A stretch of DNA of 43,248 nucleotides. Source: Betaproteobacteria bacterium (GTDB lineage Bacteria; Pseudomonadota; Gammaproteobacteria; Burkholderiales; SG8-41). How positions within the stretch are numbered: position 1 is the first letter of the stretch; every line of letters begins with the position of its first letter. A program made the translations under genes and the position numbers. The DNA lies in the NCBI GenBank assembly GCA_031399805.1, contig JANNPG010000053.1, positions 1 through 43,248 on the forward strand. Reading direction: 5' to 3'. This document shows positions 8,847 to 18,870 of the stretch, piece by piece. The notes under the pieces are model-generated. The model saw only the letters and a program-made list of their open reading frames with translations, was not told the DNA's origin and did no database searches.

Positions 8847-8980
8847 AGGGACCGGGGAATGGGGTTTGCCCCAGCCGACTTGCCTTCTACCATTGAGAAA
8901 AACACGCGCCCGCAGAACTCGCGACAGGCCTCAGCGCACGCGCGTTTCGTAGAAGGCCTTGGACAGCAGGTTCCTGGCTG

Positions 8981-9166
8981 TTATTTTTTTTTGTCGTAGA
9001 GGGTGCCTTGGGTTGTCTTCTGGATGGCGGTGCAATCCAGGCCTTCGGTAAATACGCGGGGAAAGAGAAAACCTCCGCTACAAACCATCGCTATCATTCG
9101 GAAGATACGGCCCACAACTCCCCCTGGGCCTATAGGTACCATATTTGGATTCCGAGTTTCTTCCAT
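8981..9166 (-). CDS. Small hypothetical protein (61 aa)
   Basis: ATG with GAGGT RBS 4 nt upstream; fills an intergenic gap without overlap; central hydrophobic stretch and a KKK end. Confidence 0.6.
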   Translation of the reverse strand: MEETRNPNMVPIGPGGVVGRIFRMIAMVCSGGFLFPRVFTEGLDCTAIQKTTQGTLYDKKK

Positions 9167-9469
9167 CGTGACCTCACGTTATTGACCACGATAACGGCCT
9201 CGTGGTTGGGCCAAGGCGAAATAATCCGCCCATGTGCTCGTGTAAGGCGAAGGGCTTCTAGATCCCCCAAAAGCTGCAATACGGAGACCTACGGTTAGAT
9301 AATAGCGCGGCGTCCGTTCGAGCACAACATCACAGAGAAAGTCTGTAAAAACCGCATACTACTTACTCAATTTTTGTCTGCTGATGTTGACCCCCGCCGG
9401 TTGATTTTCCGGGTCGTTATTATGCCTGTAGAATGACCCCACCGCACCGCTGCTACGGAGCATCCCGGC

Positions 9470-10159
9470 TTGAGCCTCTTAATGCGTGCGCTGAAGGAAG
9501 CCTTCGGCGTCCGGTCCGCGAAAAAAACCGCCGCCCACGCCGTCGAACGCGGGCGCATCCCCGCTGTCCCCGCGCTCGCCGAATTGCCGCAGGTGGCGAC
9601 GGCGTCCCGCCAAATTGTCAAACCGCTGTACGCGGCTTATTTGCGGGATGTATCCAAATCAGCGTGGGTCATATCCTTCCAATCTGCCTGCGCGTTGCAC
9701 GGTCTTTGCACACTGCTTCGACCTGCCGCCATCCTCGATCTGGGCAGCGGCTTTACCTCCGCCGCTTTTCGTTTTTATGCAAAAACGGCCGCCCACCCAT
9801 GCTCGGTTCATTCGGTTGACGACGATGCACAATGGCTGGAACGAACGCGCGAATTTCTCGCCGCGCAAGATCTGTCGACGGCAGACCTGATGTTGTGGCC
9901 GGCATTTTGCGAAACGTCCGGCGCCTACGATCTGATACTGCATGACCTTGGCAACATGGCCACGCGCGAGCAATCTCTGGGGGTGGCGCTCGCGCGGCGC
10001 GCAGCGAGCGGTCTGCTGGTCCTGGACGACATGCATCTCGAGCCTTACGCAACCCGCGCACGAAAATCGTGCGAAATGCAGGGATTACGCTGGTTCGATT
10101 TGCGCGATCTCACTTTGGATAATTTCGGCCGCTACGTAACCCTCGTCACACCGGCCTGA
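9470..10159 (+). CDS. Class I SAM-dependent methyltransferase (Methyltransf_24-like), substrate unknown
   Basis: Motif I ILDLGSGFTS, SVDDD post-I, YDLILHD, GLLVLDD. Start uncertain (TTG 9470 or ATG 9482). Confidence 0.75.
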   Translation: MSLLMRALKEAFGVRSAKKTAAHAVERGRIPAVPALAELPQVATASRQIVKPLYAAYLRDVSKSAWVISFQSACALHGLCTLLRPAAILDLGSGFTSAAFRFYAKTAAHPCSVHSVDDDAQWLERTREFLAAQDLSTADLMLWPAFCETSGAYDLILHDLGNMATREQSLGVALARRAASGLLVLDDMHLEPYATRARKSCEMQGLRWFDLRDLTLDNFGRYVTLVTPA

Positions 10160-10204
10160 CCCGCCGATCGTTGTCGCGACGCCGGACAGGCTGCGCCGCT
10201 GCAC

Positions 10205-11218
10205 TTACTTCGCGTTCATCAATGCGACGGTCGTATCGAGCATGCGGTTGGAGAAACCCCATTCGTTGTCGTACCACGATAGCGCCTTGACCAGGGTGCC
10301 GCCGGTGACCTTAGTGAGCGTCGCATCGAAAATGCTCGAAGCCGGATTGTGATTGAAGTCGACCGATACGAGCGGGCCGGTGCTGTATTCGAGTACACCT
10401 TTGAGCTCGCCCGCGGCGGCGGCTTTCATCGCTGCGTTGACTTCATCGGCCGTGGTTGCGCGCGCGGCGGTGAAAACGAGATCCACCAGCGAGACGTTGA
10501 GGGTCGGCACGCGCACCGCAAAACCGTCGAGCTTGCCGTTTAACTCCGGCAGCACCAGGCCCACCGCGGCGGCGGCGCCGGTCTTGGTCGGAATCATCGA
10601 CATCGTCGCCGAACGGGCGCGGCGCAGGTCTTCGTGATAAACGTCGGTCAGTACCTGGTCGTTGGTGTAGGAGTGGATCGTCGTCATCAATCCCTGCACA
10701 ACGCCGATCTTGTCGTGCAGCACCTTGACCATCGGCGCCAGACAGTTCGTCGTGCACGACGCATTCGAGATCACCGTGTGGCTCGCCTTGAGCGTCTGGT
10801 GATTGACGCCATACACGATGGTCGCATCGACGTCCGCGCCGCCCGGTGCGGAAATGATGACTTTCTTAGCGCCGCCCTTGAGATGCGCGCCCGCTTTTTC
10901 CTTGCTCGTAAACAATCCCGTGCACTCAAGCACCACATCGACGCCAAGTTCGCCCCACGGCAGCTCGGCCGGATTGCGCTTCGCGAGGACCTTGATCTTG
11001 TCGCCGTTCACCACCATCGAGTCACCTTCGACTGTGACGGTGCCGCTGAATCTGCCGTGCGCGGTGTCATAGCGGGTCAGGTGCGCGTTGGTCTCGGCGT
11101 TGCCGAGGTCGTTGAGGGCGACGATGTGGATGTCGTGCTGCTTGCTCGACTCATAATGCGCACGCAGAATATTGCGGCCTATGCGGCCGTAGCCGTTGAT
11201 TGCAACTTTGATTGTCAT
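10205..11218 (-). CDS. gap: Glyceraldehyde-3-phosphate dehydrogenase, type I
   Basis: [17 protein letters not shown] catalytic motif, WYDNEWG. Confidence 0.98.
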   Translation of the reverse strand: MTIKVAINGYGRIGRNILRAHYESSKQHDIHIVALNDLGNAETNAHLTRYDTAHGRFSGTVTVEGDSMVVNGDKIKVLAKRNPAELPWGELGVDVVLECTGLFTSKEKAGAHLKGGAKKVIISAPGGADVDATIVYGVNHQTLKASHTVISNASCTTNCLAPMVKVLHDKIGVVQGLMTTIHSYTNDQVLTDVYHEDLRRARSATMSMIPTKTGAAAAVGLVLPELNGKLDGFAVRVPTLNVSLVDLVFTAARATTADEVNAAMKAAAAGELKGVLEYSTGPLVSVDFNHNPASSIFDATLTKVTGGTLVKALSWYDNEWGFSNRMLDTTVALMNAK

Positions 11219-11276
11219 GCTAATTCTCCCTTTGAATCTCTTGAAAATCCGGTCGTCGTCAATTTGTGCGGTCGTG

Positions 11277-13280
11277 TTAAATGACCTTCTTTACGGTGTT
11301 GACGACGTTCTCGACGGTAAAACCGAAATACTTGAAAAGCTCGCCCGCCGGCGCCGATTCTCCGAAGCGGTCGATGCCAACCACCGCGGCCGACTTGGAA
11401 TCCACGGCGCCGACATACTTGTGCCAGAAATCCGTAACGCCGGCTTCAATCGCCACGCGCGGCACACCCGCCGGCAGCACCGCGGCGCGATAGGCGGCAT
11501 CCTGTGCGTCGAACAGCGAAGTGCACGGCATGGAAACCACGCGCACGTTGATGCCGTCTTTCTGCAGTTGTTCACGTGCTCCCATCGCCAGCGGTATTTC
11601 CGAACCGGTCGCGATAATCACCGCTTGAAGAGCGCCGCCTGTCGCGTCGGCGAGCACATAGCCGCCGCGCGCTATTGCGCTAATCTGTTCGGCGTTGCGC
11701 TTTTGAAAAGCCACGTTCTGGCGCGACAGAATAAAACACGTCGGCCCGTCCTTGCGCTGCAGCGCCGCGCCCCACGCAACCGCCGTCTCAACGGCGTCGC
11801 ACGGCCGCCACACGGCCATATTCGGAATCAGACGCAGGCTCGCTGTCTGCTCGACGGCCTGGTGCGTCGGGCCGTCCTCGCCGAGTCCGATCGAATCGTG
11901 CGTAAATACGAAAATATTACGCAACTTCATCAGCGCGGCCATGCGCAACGCGTTGCGCGAATAGTCGGAAAAAGTCAGAAACGTCCCGGTTTCCGGAATT
12001 AAGCCGCCGTGCAGCGCCATGCCGTTGGTGATTGCCGCCATCGCGAACTCGCGCACACCGAAGTTCACGATGTTGCCGCTTTGGTCGGGCGTGACGACTT
12101 TGCTTCCCGGCCAGTTCGTGAAAACGCTGCCCATCAGATCGGCCGAGCCGCCGATCAACTCAGGCAGTAGGGGTGCAAGTTCTGTAAGCGTAAACTGCGA
12201 GGCCTTGCGCGTGGCGACGGTCTCGCCTTTGGCGTTCGCCGCTGCGACCGCCGCCGTCATTGCTGCTGCAAAATTCGCCGGCAATTCGCCGGCCATGCGG
12301 CGCCTGAACTCAGCCGCGAGTTCCGGATGAGCAACCGCATAAGCGGCAAAGCGCGCGTCCCACTCGGTTTGCGCGGAGGCGCCTTTGGCGCGCTGATCCC
12401 ATTGCGCATAAATCGCCTGCGGGATCTCGAACGGCGGATGGTCCCAGCCGATGTTGGCGCGTGTCGCCGCCACTTCGTCGGCGCCGAGCGCCTCACCGTG
12501 CGCCTTGGCGGTACCGGCGCGTTTGGGCGCCCCTTTGCCGATCACGGTCTTGCAACAGATCAGGCTCGGACGATCGCCGACGGCCTGCGCCGATTTCAAC
12601 GCCGCCTCGATCGTCGCCGCGTCGTGGCCGTCGACCTGCGGTATCACGTGCCAGCCGTAGGCCTCGAAGCGCTTGGGCGTATCGTCGGTAAACCAGCCGT
12701 GTACCGGGCCGTCGATGGAAATGCCGTTGTCGTCGTAAAACGCGATCAGCTTGCCTAAGCCCAGTGTGCCGGCGAGCGAACAGGCCTCGTGCGAAATACC
12801 TTCCATCAGGCAACCATCGCCGAGAAACGCGTACGTGTAATGGTTGACGACCGTATGCGCGGGACGGTTGAATTCGGCCGCCAGCAGTTTTTCCGCGAGC
12901 GCCATGCCCACCGCGTTGCCGATGCCCTGGCCAAGGGGGCCGGTGGTGGTCTCGACCCCGGGCGTCAGGCCATACTCCGGATGACCCGGCGTTTTCGAAT
13001 GCAACTGGCGGAAGCGCCGGATTTCGTCCACCGGCAGATCGTAGCCGGTGAGGTGCAACAGCGCGTAGAGCAACATCGAGCCGTGGCCGTTCGAGAGCAC
13101 AAAACGATCGCGGTCTGCCCAGCGCGGATCGGCCGGATTATGCTTAAGGTGGCGGCGCCATAACACCTCGGCAATTTCCGCCATGCCCATGGGCATGCCG
13201 GGATGTCCGGAATTGGCCTGTTGCACGGCGTCCATCGCGAGCGCGCGGATCGCGTTGGTCAATTCGAGGCGGGAGCCCAT
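11277..13280 (-). CDS. tkt: Transketolase
   Basis: [32 protein letters not shown] motif, [15 protein letters not shown]. Confidence 0.98.
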   Translation of the reverse strand: MGSRLELTNAIRALAMDAVQQANSGHPGMPMGMAEIAEVLWRRHLKHNPADPRWADRDRFVLSNGHGSMLLYALLHLTGYDLPVDEIRRFRQLHSKTPGHPEYGLTPGVETTTGPLGQGIGNAVGMALAEKLLAAEFNRPAHTVVNHYTYAFLGDGCLMEGISHEACSLAGTLGLGKLIAFYDDNGISIDGPVHGWFTDDTPKRFEAYGWHVIPQVDGHDAATIEAALKSAQAVGDRPSLICCKTVIGKGAPKRAGTAKAHGEALGADEVAATRANIGWDHPPFEIPQAIYAQWDQRAKGASAQTEWDARFAAYAVAHPELAAEFRRRMAGELPANFAAAMTAAVAAANAKGETVATRKASQFTLTELAPLLPELIGGSADLMGSVFTNWPGSKVVTPDQSGNIVNFGVREFAMAAITNGMALHGGLIPETGTFLTFSDYSRNALRMAALMKLRNIFVFTHDSIGLGEDGPTHQAVEQTASLRLIPNMAVWRPCDAVETAVAWGAALQRKDGPTCFILSRQNVAFQKRNAEQISAIARGGYVLADATGGALQAVIIATGSEIPLAMGAREQLQKDGINVRVVSMPCTSLFDAQDAAYRAAVLPAGVPRVAIEAGVTDFWHKYVGAVDSKSAAVVGIDRFGESAPAGELFKYFGFTVENVVNTVKKVI

Positions 13281-13381
13281 TCGAGTGTTCCTTGCGGACG
13301 GCGGATGACTTGCGGGAGACGCGATTATCTTAGAAACCGGCGGCTTTGGCTACGTGACGCCGGGACAATCGGCGCCGCGCG

Positions 13382-14662
13382 CTACTCTTCGCCGCGCCGC
13401 GCGAGCTTGATGCCGAGTTGCTTCAACTTGCGGTAAAGGTGCGTGCGTTCGAGCCCGACGCTGTCGGCGACGCGGCTCATGTTGCCGCCTTCCTTCGCGA
13501 TGTGATGTTCGAAATAAACACGCTCGAATGCATCGCGGGCTTCGCGCAACGGCAGGTCGAGCGGCAGGCCGGCCGGCGCTGCCGCCGCCGGTGCGCCAAA
13601 CGACGGCACCGCCTGGTTCACGTCGTTGACGCCGATCTCCTCGCTCGATGCCGTGAGTGCTAGCGTGCGCACGACGCTTTCCAGCTGATTCAGATTGCCC
13701 GGCCAGTCGTAATTGCGCAGCGCATTGAGTGCGGCGGTGCTGAAATGCCGCGGCGCGACCTCCTTCGCCTCGATGCTGCGCAGCAGGAACAAATTGGCGA
13801 GGTCCGGAATATCCTCCCGGTGCTGGCGCAAACTCGGCACGGTGACGCAGACCGCCGAGATCACGCCGTGCAGCTTGGAGTCGAATCCGCCTTGCGCGAC
13901 CAGTTCGGGCAACGAGCGCGAAGTCGCGCAGATCAGCCGGGTATTGAATTTCTCGAGCTTGCCGGCGATCAGCAGCAACCCTTTTTGCTCCGTCCGGTTA
14001 AGGTCGCCAACCTCCGGCACGAACAAAGTCCCCTCGCGTGCCTGATGCAACAAGTCAAGCGGCGCCTCCGCCAGCACCGCCAGATTGTCCGGCTCGACCC
14101 ATGGCGCATTCAATTTTCCGGGGAGCGGGTTCGGCTGATGCACGAATCTCGCGCACAACTCCGCGCCGCTGCCCGGCTCGGCGATCATAAGCAGCGGCGA
14201 CTTCAAGTTGCCGAGGCGTTCGAGGCGCTGCTTCAATTCGCTCACCACGGGCGCGCGGCCCAGTGTCGCGAGCATCAGGGTCGGCTTTACCTGCTGCTCG
14301 CCGCGCTTCAACGCGCGGCCGACGGTGGCCAACAGTTTTTGCAGCGCGATCGGTTTTTCGAGGAAATCATAGGCGCCGATACGCGTCGCCTCGACCGCCG
14401 TGTCGATGGTGCCATGGCCTGACATCATGACCACCGGCATGGTCAGCAGGCCCGAGCTCGCCCACTCTTTCAAGAGCGTAATGCCGTCGGTGTCCGGCAT
14501 CCAGATATCGAGCAATACCAGGTCGGGACGGCCCTGCGCGCGCTGCGCGCGCGCCTGGCCCGCATTTTCCGCAAGGCGCACCTGATAGCCTTCGTCGCGC
14601 AGAATCTCCGACAGGAGTTCGCGTATCCCGACTTCGTCATCGACCACTAGTATCTGCTGCAT
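13382..14662 (-). CDS. ntrX: NtrX-like response regulator (REC, degenerate AAA+, Fis-type HTH)
   Basis: ILVVDDE...LLDIWMPD receiver domain; WPGN; GLERTHLYRKLK HTH; follows the ntrY-like kinase. Confidence 0.88.
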   Translation of the reverse strand: MQQILVVDDEVGIRELLSEILRDEGYQVRLAENAGQARAQRAQGRPDLVLLDIWMPDTDGITLLKEWASSGLLTMPVVMMSGHGTIDTAVEATRIGAYDFLEKPIALQKLLATVGRALKRGEQQVKPTLMLATLGRAPVVSELKQRLERLGNLKSPLLMIAEPGSGAELCARFVHQPNPLPGKLNAPWVEPDNLAVLAEAPLDLLHQAREGTLFVPEVGDLNRTEQKGLLLIAGKLEKFNTRLICATSRSLPELVAQGGFDSKLHGVISAVCVTVPSLRQHREDIPDLANLFLLRSIEAKEVAPRHFSTAALNALRNYDWPGNLNQLESVVRTLALTASSEEIGVNDVNQAVPSFGAPAAAAPAGLPLDLPLREARDAFERVYFEHHIAKEGGNMSRVADSVGLERTHLYRKLKQLGIKLARRGEE

Positions 14663-14677
14663 AACCCCGCTTCCAGT

Positions 14678-16879
14678 TTAAGCGCGCGCAACGGCTTTAA
14701 CCGCGGCGGTTTGATTTACCGCGGCCGGAAATTTAAGCGTAACCCGCGCGCCATGGGGCGCGGTGTTCGCAATTTCCACGCTGCCGCCGTGTTCTTCAAT
14801 AATTTTCTTTACAATCACAAGACCGAGGCCGGTGCCCTTCGGCTTGGTCGTGACATACGGCTCGAACGCGCGCTGCATGAGCTGCTCGGGAAAACCGCTG
14901 CCGTTGTCGGATATCGACACCCACGTCCCGCCCGCCCGCGCTTCGGAGCGCACTACTATACGCGGGTTCGCGGCTTCGGCGAGCGCGTCTTCCGCATTCT
15001 GCAGCAGATTATGGATGACTTGCCGCAGCTGGGCTGGATCGCCGACGATGCGCGGCAACTCCGGCGCGAGTTCGACGTGCAGCCGCCCGGCGAGCGATTC
15101 GTAAAGCGTCAAGACGTCGCGCAACAACGCGTTGATATCGACATCCTGGCGCGTCGGTTCGGGCATACGCGCATATTGGCGAAATGCGTCGACCATGTTC
15201 TTCAGGGCGCTTACCTGATTGACGATGGTTTGCGTCGAACGCTTCAACATGTCCGCTTCCACGGGGCCCAGCTTATCCGCAAGCTTGTGCTGCAGACGTT
15301 CGGCCGAAAGTTGAATGGGCGTCAGGGGATTCTTGATCTCGTGCGCCAGACGCCGTGCGACTTCGGTCCATGCCGCATCGCGCTGCGCCTGCAAAACGTG
15401 GGTGATATCGTCAAACACGACGACATAACCGGTTCCGCTGCCGACGGGCAGGCGGGTGCCGCGCAGCAACAGCATTTGGTTGCCGCCCTTTCCGGCGCGC
15501 TCGATTTGCTTCGCCCATTCGTTCCCGCCGCCGGCGCGAAACGCGGCGGCGACGGCGGCGGCGAGTTCCGCGAGCGCCGGCATGCGCTCGTGCCAGCGCG
15601 CGAGTTCGAGCCCGGCAAGCTGTGCAAAATCGACGTCGAAGATGGTTGAAGCGCTGGGATTGAAAGAACGCAGCCGCAGCGATTCGTCGAACGCGAGCAC
15701 ACCCGCCGAGAGATTGGCAAGTATGCTTTGCACATAGGTGTGCGCGTCGGCGAGCTGCGCCTGATTGCGCTCGGCTGTCGCGCGCGCGTCCGCAAGTTGC
15801 TGGCGCATGGTATTGAACGACTGCGTCAACACCCCGAGCTCGTCACCGCTCGCCACGGTTTCGCGCTGGCTGAAGTCCCCCTGCGCCACCGCGCGCGTGC
15901 CTTCGACCAGAAAACTCAGCGGCGCCGACAGCCGCTCGCTCAATACGAACGCCAGCGACAACGCCGTGAGCAGCGCCAGCAGCAGGGTCAGAGTCAGCGT
16001 TATTCCGTACAGGCGTTTCAATCCCTGTCGCGCCAGCAATAGTTCCTGGTATTCGCGCTGGCCCGCTTGCACGATTTCGGCGTCGAGCGCGAGCTGTTGC
16101 GGCACGCGCTGTAAGAGTTGCAGCACGCGCATCTCGTCCGCCAGGCTGGTGGTATTTACCGGTATCAGCACGCGCAGGTAAAGTCCCTTGTCGGGGATAG
16201 CCTCGACGGCGCTATAAACTTGCTGCTGGCGCAACTGGCGCAATATAGCGGGGCCCGGCAAATCAGGCATCAGCCCGGTGCGTTCGCTGCCGGAGTAAAC
16301 GATGATTTTTCCGCGCTGCGTAAAAAGCGTCGCCTCCTGCGCGCCGGCCTGCTCGCGCAGCGTGTTCAACGCGGCGATATGCTCGGCGATCGGCCGCACC
16401 GCGAGCGAGGCCGCCATCGAGTCAGCTTTCTTGATCAGGTCCTTAAGCAGATTGTCGAGTGTCGTGCGACCGAGATTGAGCCCGCCTTCCAGCGCTTTTT
16501 CGACACGCACGTCAAACCACGATTCGATACTGCGCGCGACGAATTGTACGGACACGCCGTAGACCAGCGCGCCCGGCAACACCGCAACCAGCGCAAACAA
16601 CAATACCAGCCGCAGTGTGAGCTTGGCACCGAATACCCCGGCCTTGAGTTTCTGCCGTAACGCATACAGCTGATAACCGAGCAGCAGCGTGAGACATACT
16701 GCAAGGCCGCCGTTCAATGCCAGCAACAACGGATAGTGCTGGGCAAACAACGCCGTGTTGGCACTCGCGGTCGCGAGCAGATAGAGCGTCACGGCGCCAA
16801 CCACGGCGCACACAATCAGCAGATACTTGACCGCGCCGCTGGTAAGCGCCGGAAGAATGCCAGACATACCGAGCATCAT
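14678..16879 (-). CDS. ntrY: NtrY-like sensor histidine kinase (TM-HAMP-PAS-HisKA-HATPase)
   Basis: SIESWFDVRVE, AWTEVARRLAHEIKNPLTPIQLSAERL, DNGSG, EPYVTTKPKGTGLGL. Start set at ATG 16879, overlapping the upstream stop. Confidence 0.9.
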   Translation of the reverse strand: MMLGMSGILPALTSGAVKYLLIVCAVVGAVTLYLLATASANTALFAQHYPLLLALNGGLAVCLTLLLGYQLYALRQKLKAGVFGAKLTLRLVLLFALVAVLPGALVYGVSVQFVARSIESWFDVRVEKALEGGLNLGRTTLDNLLKDLIKKADSMAASLAVRPIAEHIAALNTLREQAGAQEATLFTQRGKIIVYSGSERTGLMPDLPGPAILRQLRQQQVYSAVEAIPDKGLYLRVLIPVNTTSLADEMRVLQLLQRVPQQLALDAEIVQAGQREYQELLLARQGLKRLYGITLTLTLLLALLTALSLAFVLSERLSAPLSFLVEGTRAVAQGDFSQRETVASGDELGVLTQSFNTMRQQLADARATAERNQAQLADAHTYVQSILANLSAGVLAFDESLRLRSFNPSASTIFDVDFAQLAGLELARWHERMPALAELAAAVAAAFRAGGGNEWAKQIERAGKGGNQMLLLRGTRLPVGSGTGYVVVFDDITHVLQAQRDAAWTEVARRLAHEIKNPLTPIQLSAERLQHKLADKLGPVEADMLKRSTQTIVNQVSALKNMVDAFRQYARMPEPTRQDVDINALLRDVLTLYESLAGRLHVELAPELPRIVGDPAQLRQVIHNLLQNAEDALAEAANPRIVVRSEARAGGTWVSISDNGSGFPEQLMQRAFEPYVTTKPKGTGLGLVIVKKIIEEHGGSVEIANTAPHGARVTLKFPAAVNQTAAVKAVARA

Positions 16880-17457
16880 GGCGTCACGTTCCAGCGATGC
16901 CACTCGGAACCGAAATTCCAGTCGCGTGACGCCAGCGCGTTGAGTTGAAACGGTTTGGGCAACTGTGACACGTCGAGCCGCATGCGCACGGCCGCGCTGT
17001 ATGTCACACCCTTTCTGAGCGTGTCGAGCTCGAGCACCTGGCGTCGGCGCACCCGCGACAGAAAATCAAGCGCCTCCGATATCGATCCGAAATTCTGAAA
17101 TAAAGAACCTACGCCGAGACGATACTGTCTGGTCAGCGCGTTATACGACAAACGGTACTGCTGTTGCGTGTTTACGACCTTCTCGTTCAACCAGTACCAG
17201 CGCGGCCGGATGACTTCGAATTCCAGCAGAAAATACAGCGGAACGCCCTTGTTAAGCGCGTCCTCGAGCGTCGGATTGAGCGCAATCTCGAAGTCGGCTT
17301 CGAGAAAGTAGCCTTCCTCGCCGGCAACCAGCGCCGCGTTGCGCACGTCGATGCCTTCCGCGTGCGCGACTGCGGAAACCACGAGCAAAAGCGCGCACCC
17401 GGCCAGCGCGAACAGGCGGCTATATTTTTTTAAGCAGCGCGTAAAAAAAACCGTCAT
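16876..17457 (-). CDS. DUF4390 family exported protein
   Basis: Signal peptide, GVPLYF, RWYW, RLSYNALTRQY, LPKPFQLNAL; usual position between rsmB and ntrY. Confidence 0.88.
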   Translation of the reverse strand: MTVFFTRCLKKYSRLFALAGCALLLVVSAVAHAEGIDVRNAALVAGEEGYFLEADFEIALNPTLEDALNKGVPLYFLLEFEVIRPRWYWLNEKVVNTQQQYRLSYNALTRQYRLGVGSLFQNFGSISEALDFLSRVRRRQVLELDTLRKGVTYSAAVRMRLDVSQLPKPFQLNALASRDWNFGSEWHRWNVTP

Positions 17458-18703
17458 GCTCGCAATCCGGCAGCAACTGGCCTTCCGGTAACCCGTCCAA
17501 CGTTTTCACTCCGCATAACGGCAGCAGATCGGCATCGGCGTGCCGCGCCAGAAAATCGGCGATCTGCAGTGAGTTCTCTTCGTGGAAAATAGAACACGTT
17601 GTATACAGCAATTTACCACCACTGGCCAGCAATCGCCAAAGACCGTCGAGCATGCGCTTTTGCTGCGTCGCGAACTGCGCAACGTCGCTCGCGCGCCGCA
17701 ACCATTTGATGTCCGGATGCCGGCGCACGATGCCTGAAGCGCTGCACGGTACATCGGCAAGTATGCGCTCAAACGACCGCCCATCCCACCACGCGGCAAT
17801 GTCGTTTGCGTCGGCGACCAGCAACCCGGCGTTCAACCCGAGCCGCTGCAGATTCTGGCGTACGCGTTCGAGCCGTGCGGCATCACTGTCGAGCGCCGTC
17901 AGATCGACGTCGGCTAGTTCCAACAGGTGCGTGGTTTTACCGCCCGGCGCGGCGCACGCATCCAGCACGCGCATGCCCGGCTGCGCATCGAGCAGCGGCG
18001 CCGCTGTTTGCGCGGCCGCGTCCTGCACCGACACCAGTCCGTCCGCAAATCCCGGCAAGCGCTCGACCGGCAACGCGCGCGCGACTGTAACTCCGTTCGC
18101 GCCGACTGCGGTTGCGGCGATATCGTGTTGCGCGAGCATTATCACGTAATCGTCACGCGCCATGCGCCGCCGGTTGACGCGCAGCGTCAGCGGCGGGCGC
18201 AGATTACCCGCTTCGAGTGCGGCGGCAAAATGGCGGGGATACTGATTACGCAGTTGGTCGATCCACCACTGCGGATAGGCATATCGTCCCGTCTCGGTGC
18301 GCGCCGCCGCGGCGAGCAATACTTCGCGCCGGCGCAGGAAGTTGCGCAGTACGGCATTGATCAGTCCGGCCGCCTGCGGCTGCCCGAGGTTCGCCGCGCA
18401 GCGCACCGCGTGGTCGACAATGGCGTACGGTGCGGCGCGCGTGTACTGCAACTGGTACAACCCGATCAACAACAGCCAGCGCAACATGGCGTCACGCAGC
18501 GGCTTGGTAAGTAGCTGGTTAAGGACCGCGTCGAGTTGGAGGCCGAAACGAAGCGTACCATAACTTAAATCGGTGATCGCCGAGCGCTGCTGCGCTGTGA
18601 GTTGCGGGTGCCGCGGCCACAGTGCCGCGAGCTCGGCATTGAGATTGCGCCCAGCAGCAACTGCGGCGACCGTTGCGCAGGCGAGCCGCTGGATGTCGAG
18701 CAC
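17420..18703 (-). CDS. rsmB: 16S rRNA m5C967 methyltransferase RsmB
   Basis: NusB-like N-terminus, SVQDAAAQ, VLDACAAPGGKT, ILADVPCSASG..RRHPDIKW, YTTCS. Confidence 0.96.
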   Translation of the reverse strand: MLDIQRLACATVAAVAAGRNLNAELAALWPRHPQLTAQQRSAITDLSYGTLRFGLQLDAVLNQLLTKPLRDAMLRWLLLIGLYQLQYTRAAPYAIVDHAVRCAANLGQPQAAGLINAVLRNFLRRREVLLAAAARTETGRYAYPQWWIDQLRNQYPRHFAAALEAGNLRPPLTLRVNRRRMARDDYVIMLAQHDIAATAVGANGVTVARALPVERLPGFADGLVSVQDAAAQTAAPLLDAQPGMRVLDACAAPGGKTTHLLELADVDLTALDSDAARLERVRQNLQRLGLNAGLLVADANDIAAWWDGRSFERILADVPCSASGIVRRHPDIKWLRRASDVAQFATQQKRMLDGLWRLLASGGKLLYTTCSIFHEENSLQIADFLARHADADLLPLCGVKTLDGLPEGQLLPDCEHDGFFYALLKKI

Positions 18704-18723
18704 AGTCGGTCGCTCGATTCAGG

Positions 18724-18804
18724 TCAGTGCGCCATTACGCCGCGCAACTCGCGCGCGGTGAGCATCTTCAACACCATTTTGTCGGAGAACCAGTTACCGG
18801 GCAT
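18724..18804 (-). pseudogene. htpX: Collapsed htpX remnant / 26-aa mini-ORF
   Basis: MPGNW-FSDKMVLKM-LTARELRGVMAH-stop with AAGGA RBS. The three blocks match non-contiguous HtpX segments, and the locus is the fmt-rsmB slot where betaproteobacterial htpX usually lies. Confidence 0.8.
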
Positions 18805-18844
18805 GGCCGTTCCTTGTCGGTTAATAATATGCCGCGCGATTAAA

Positions 18845-18870
18845 ATATGCGCGGCGGGCAAAAATTCAAG
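18845..18870 (-). promoter_or_regulatory. Possible sigma32 (RpoH)-type promoter of the htpX remnant
   Basis: CTTGAA-N12-GCGCATAT on the minus strand, an imperfect match to CTTGAA-N13..17-CCCCATnT; overlaps the fmt stop. Confidence 0.3.

Noticed and set aside
17610-17639. Possible internal promoter (TGnTAAATT, minus strand) for DUF4390-ntrYX within rsmB
   Set aside because: The match is too weak to call without TSS data.
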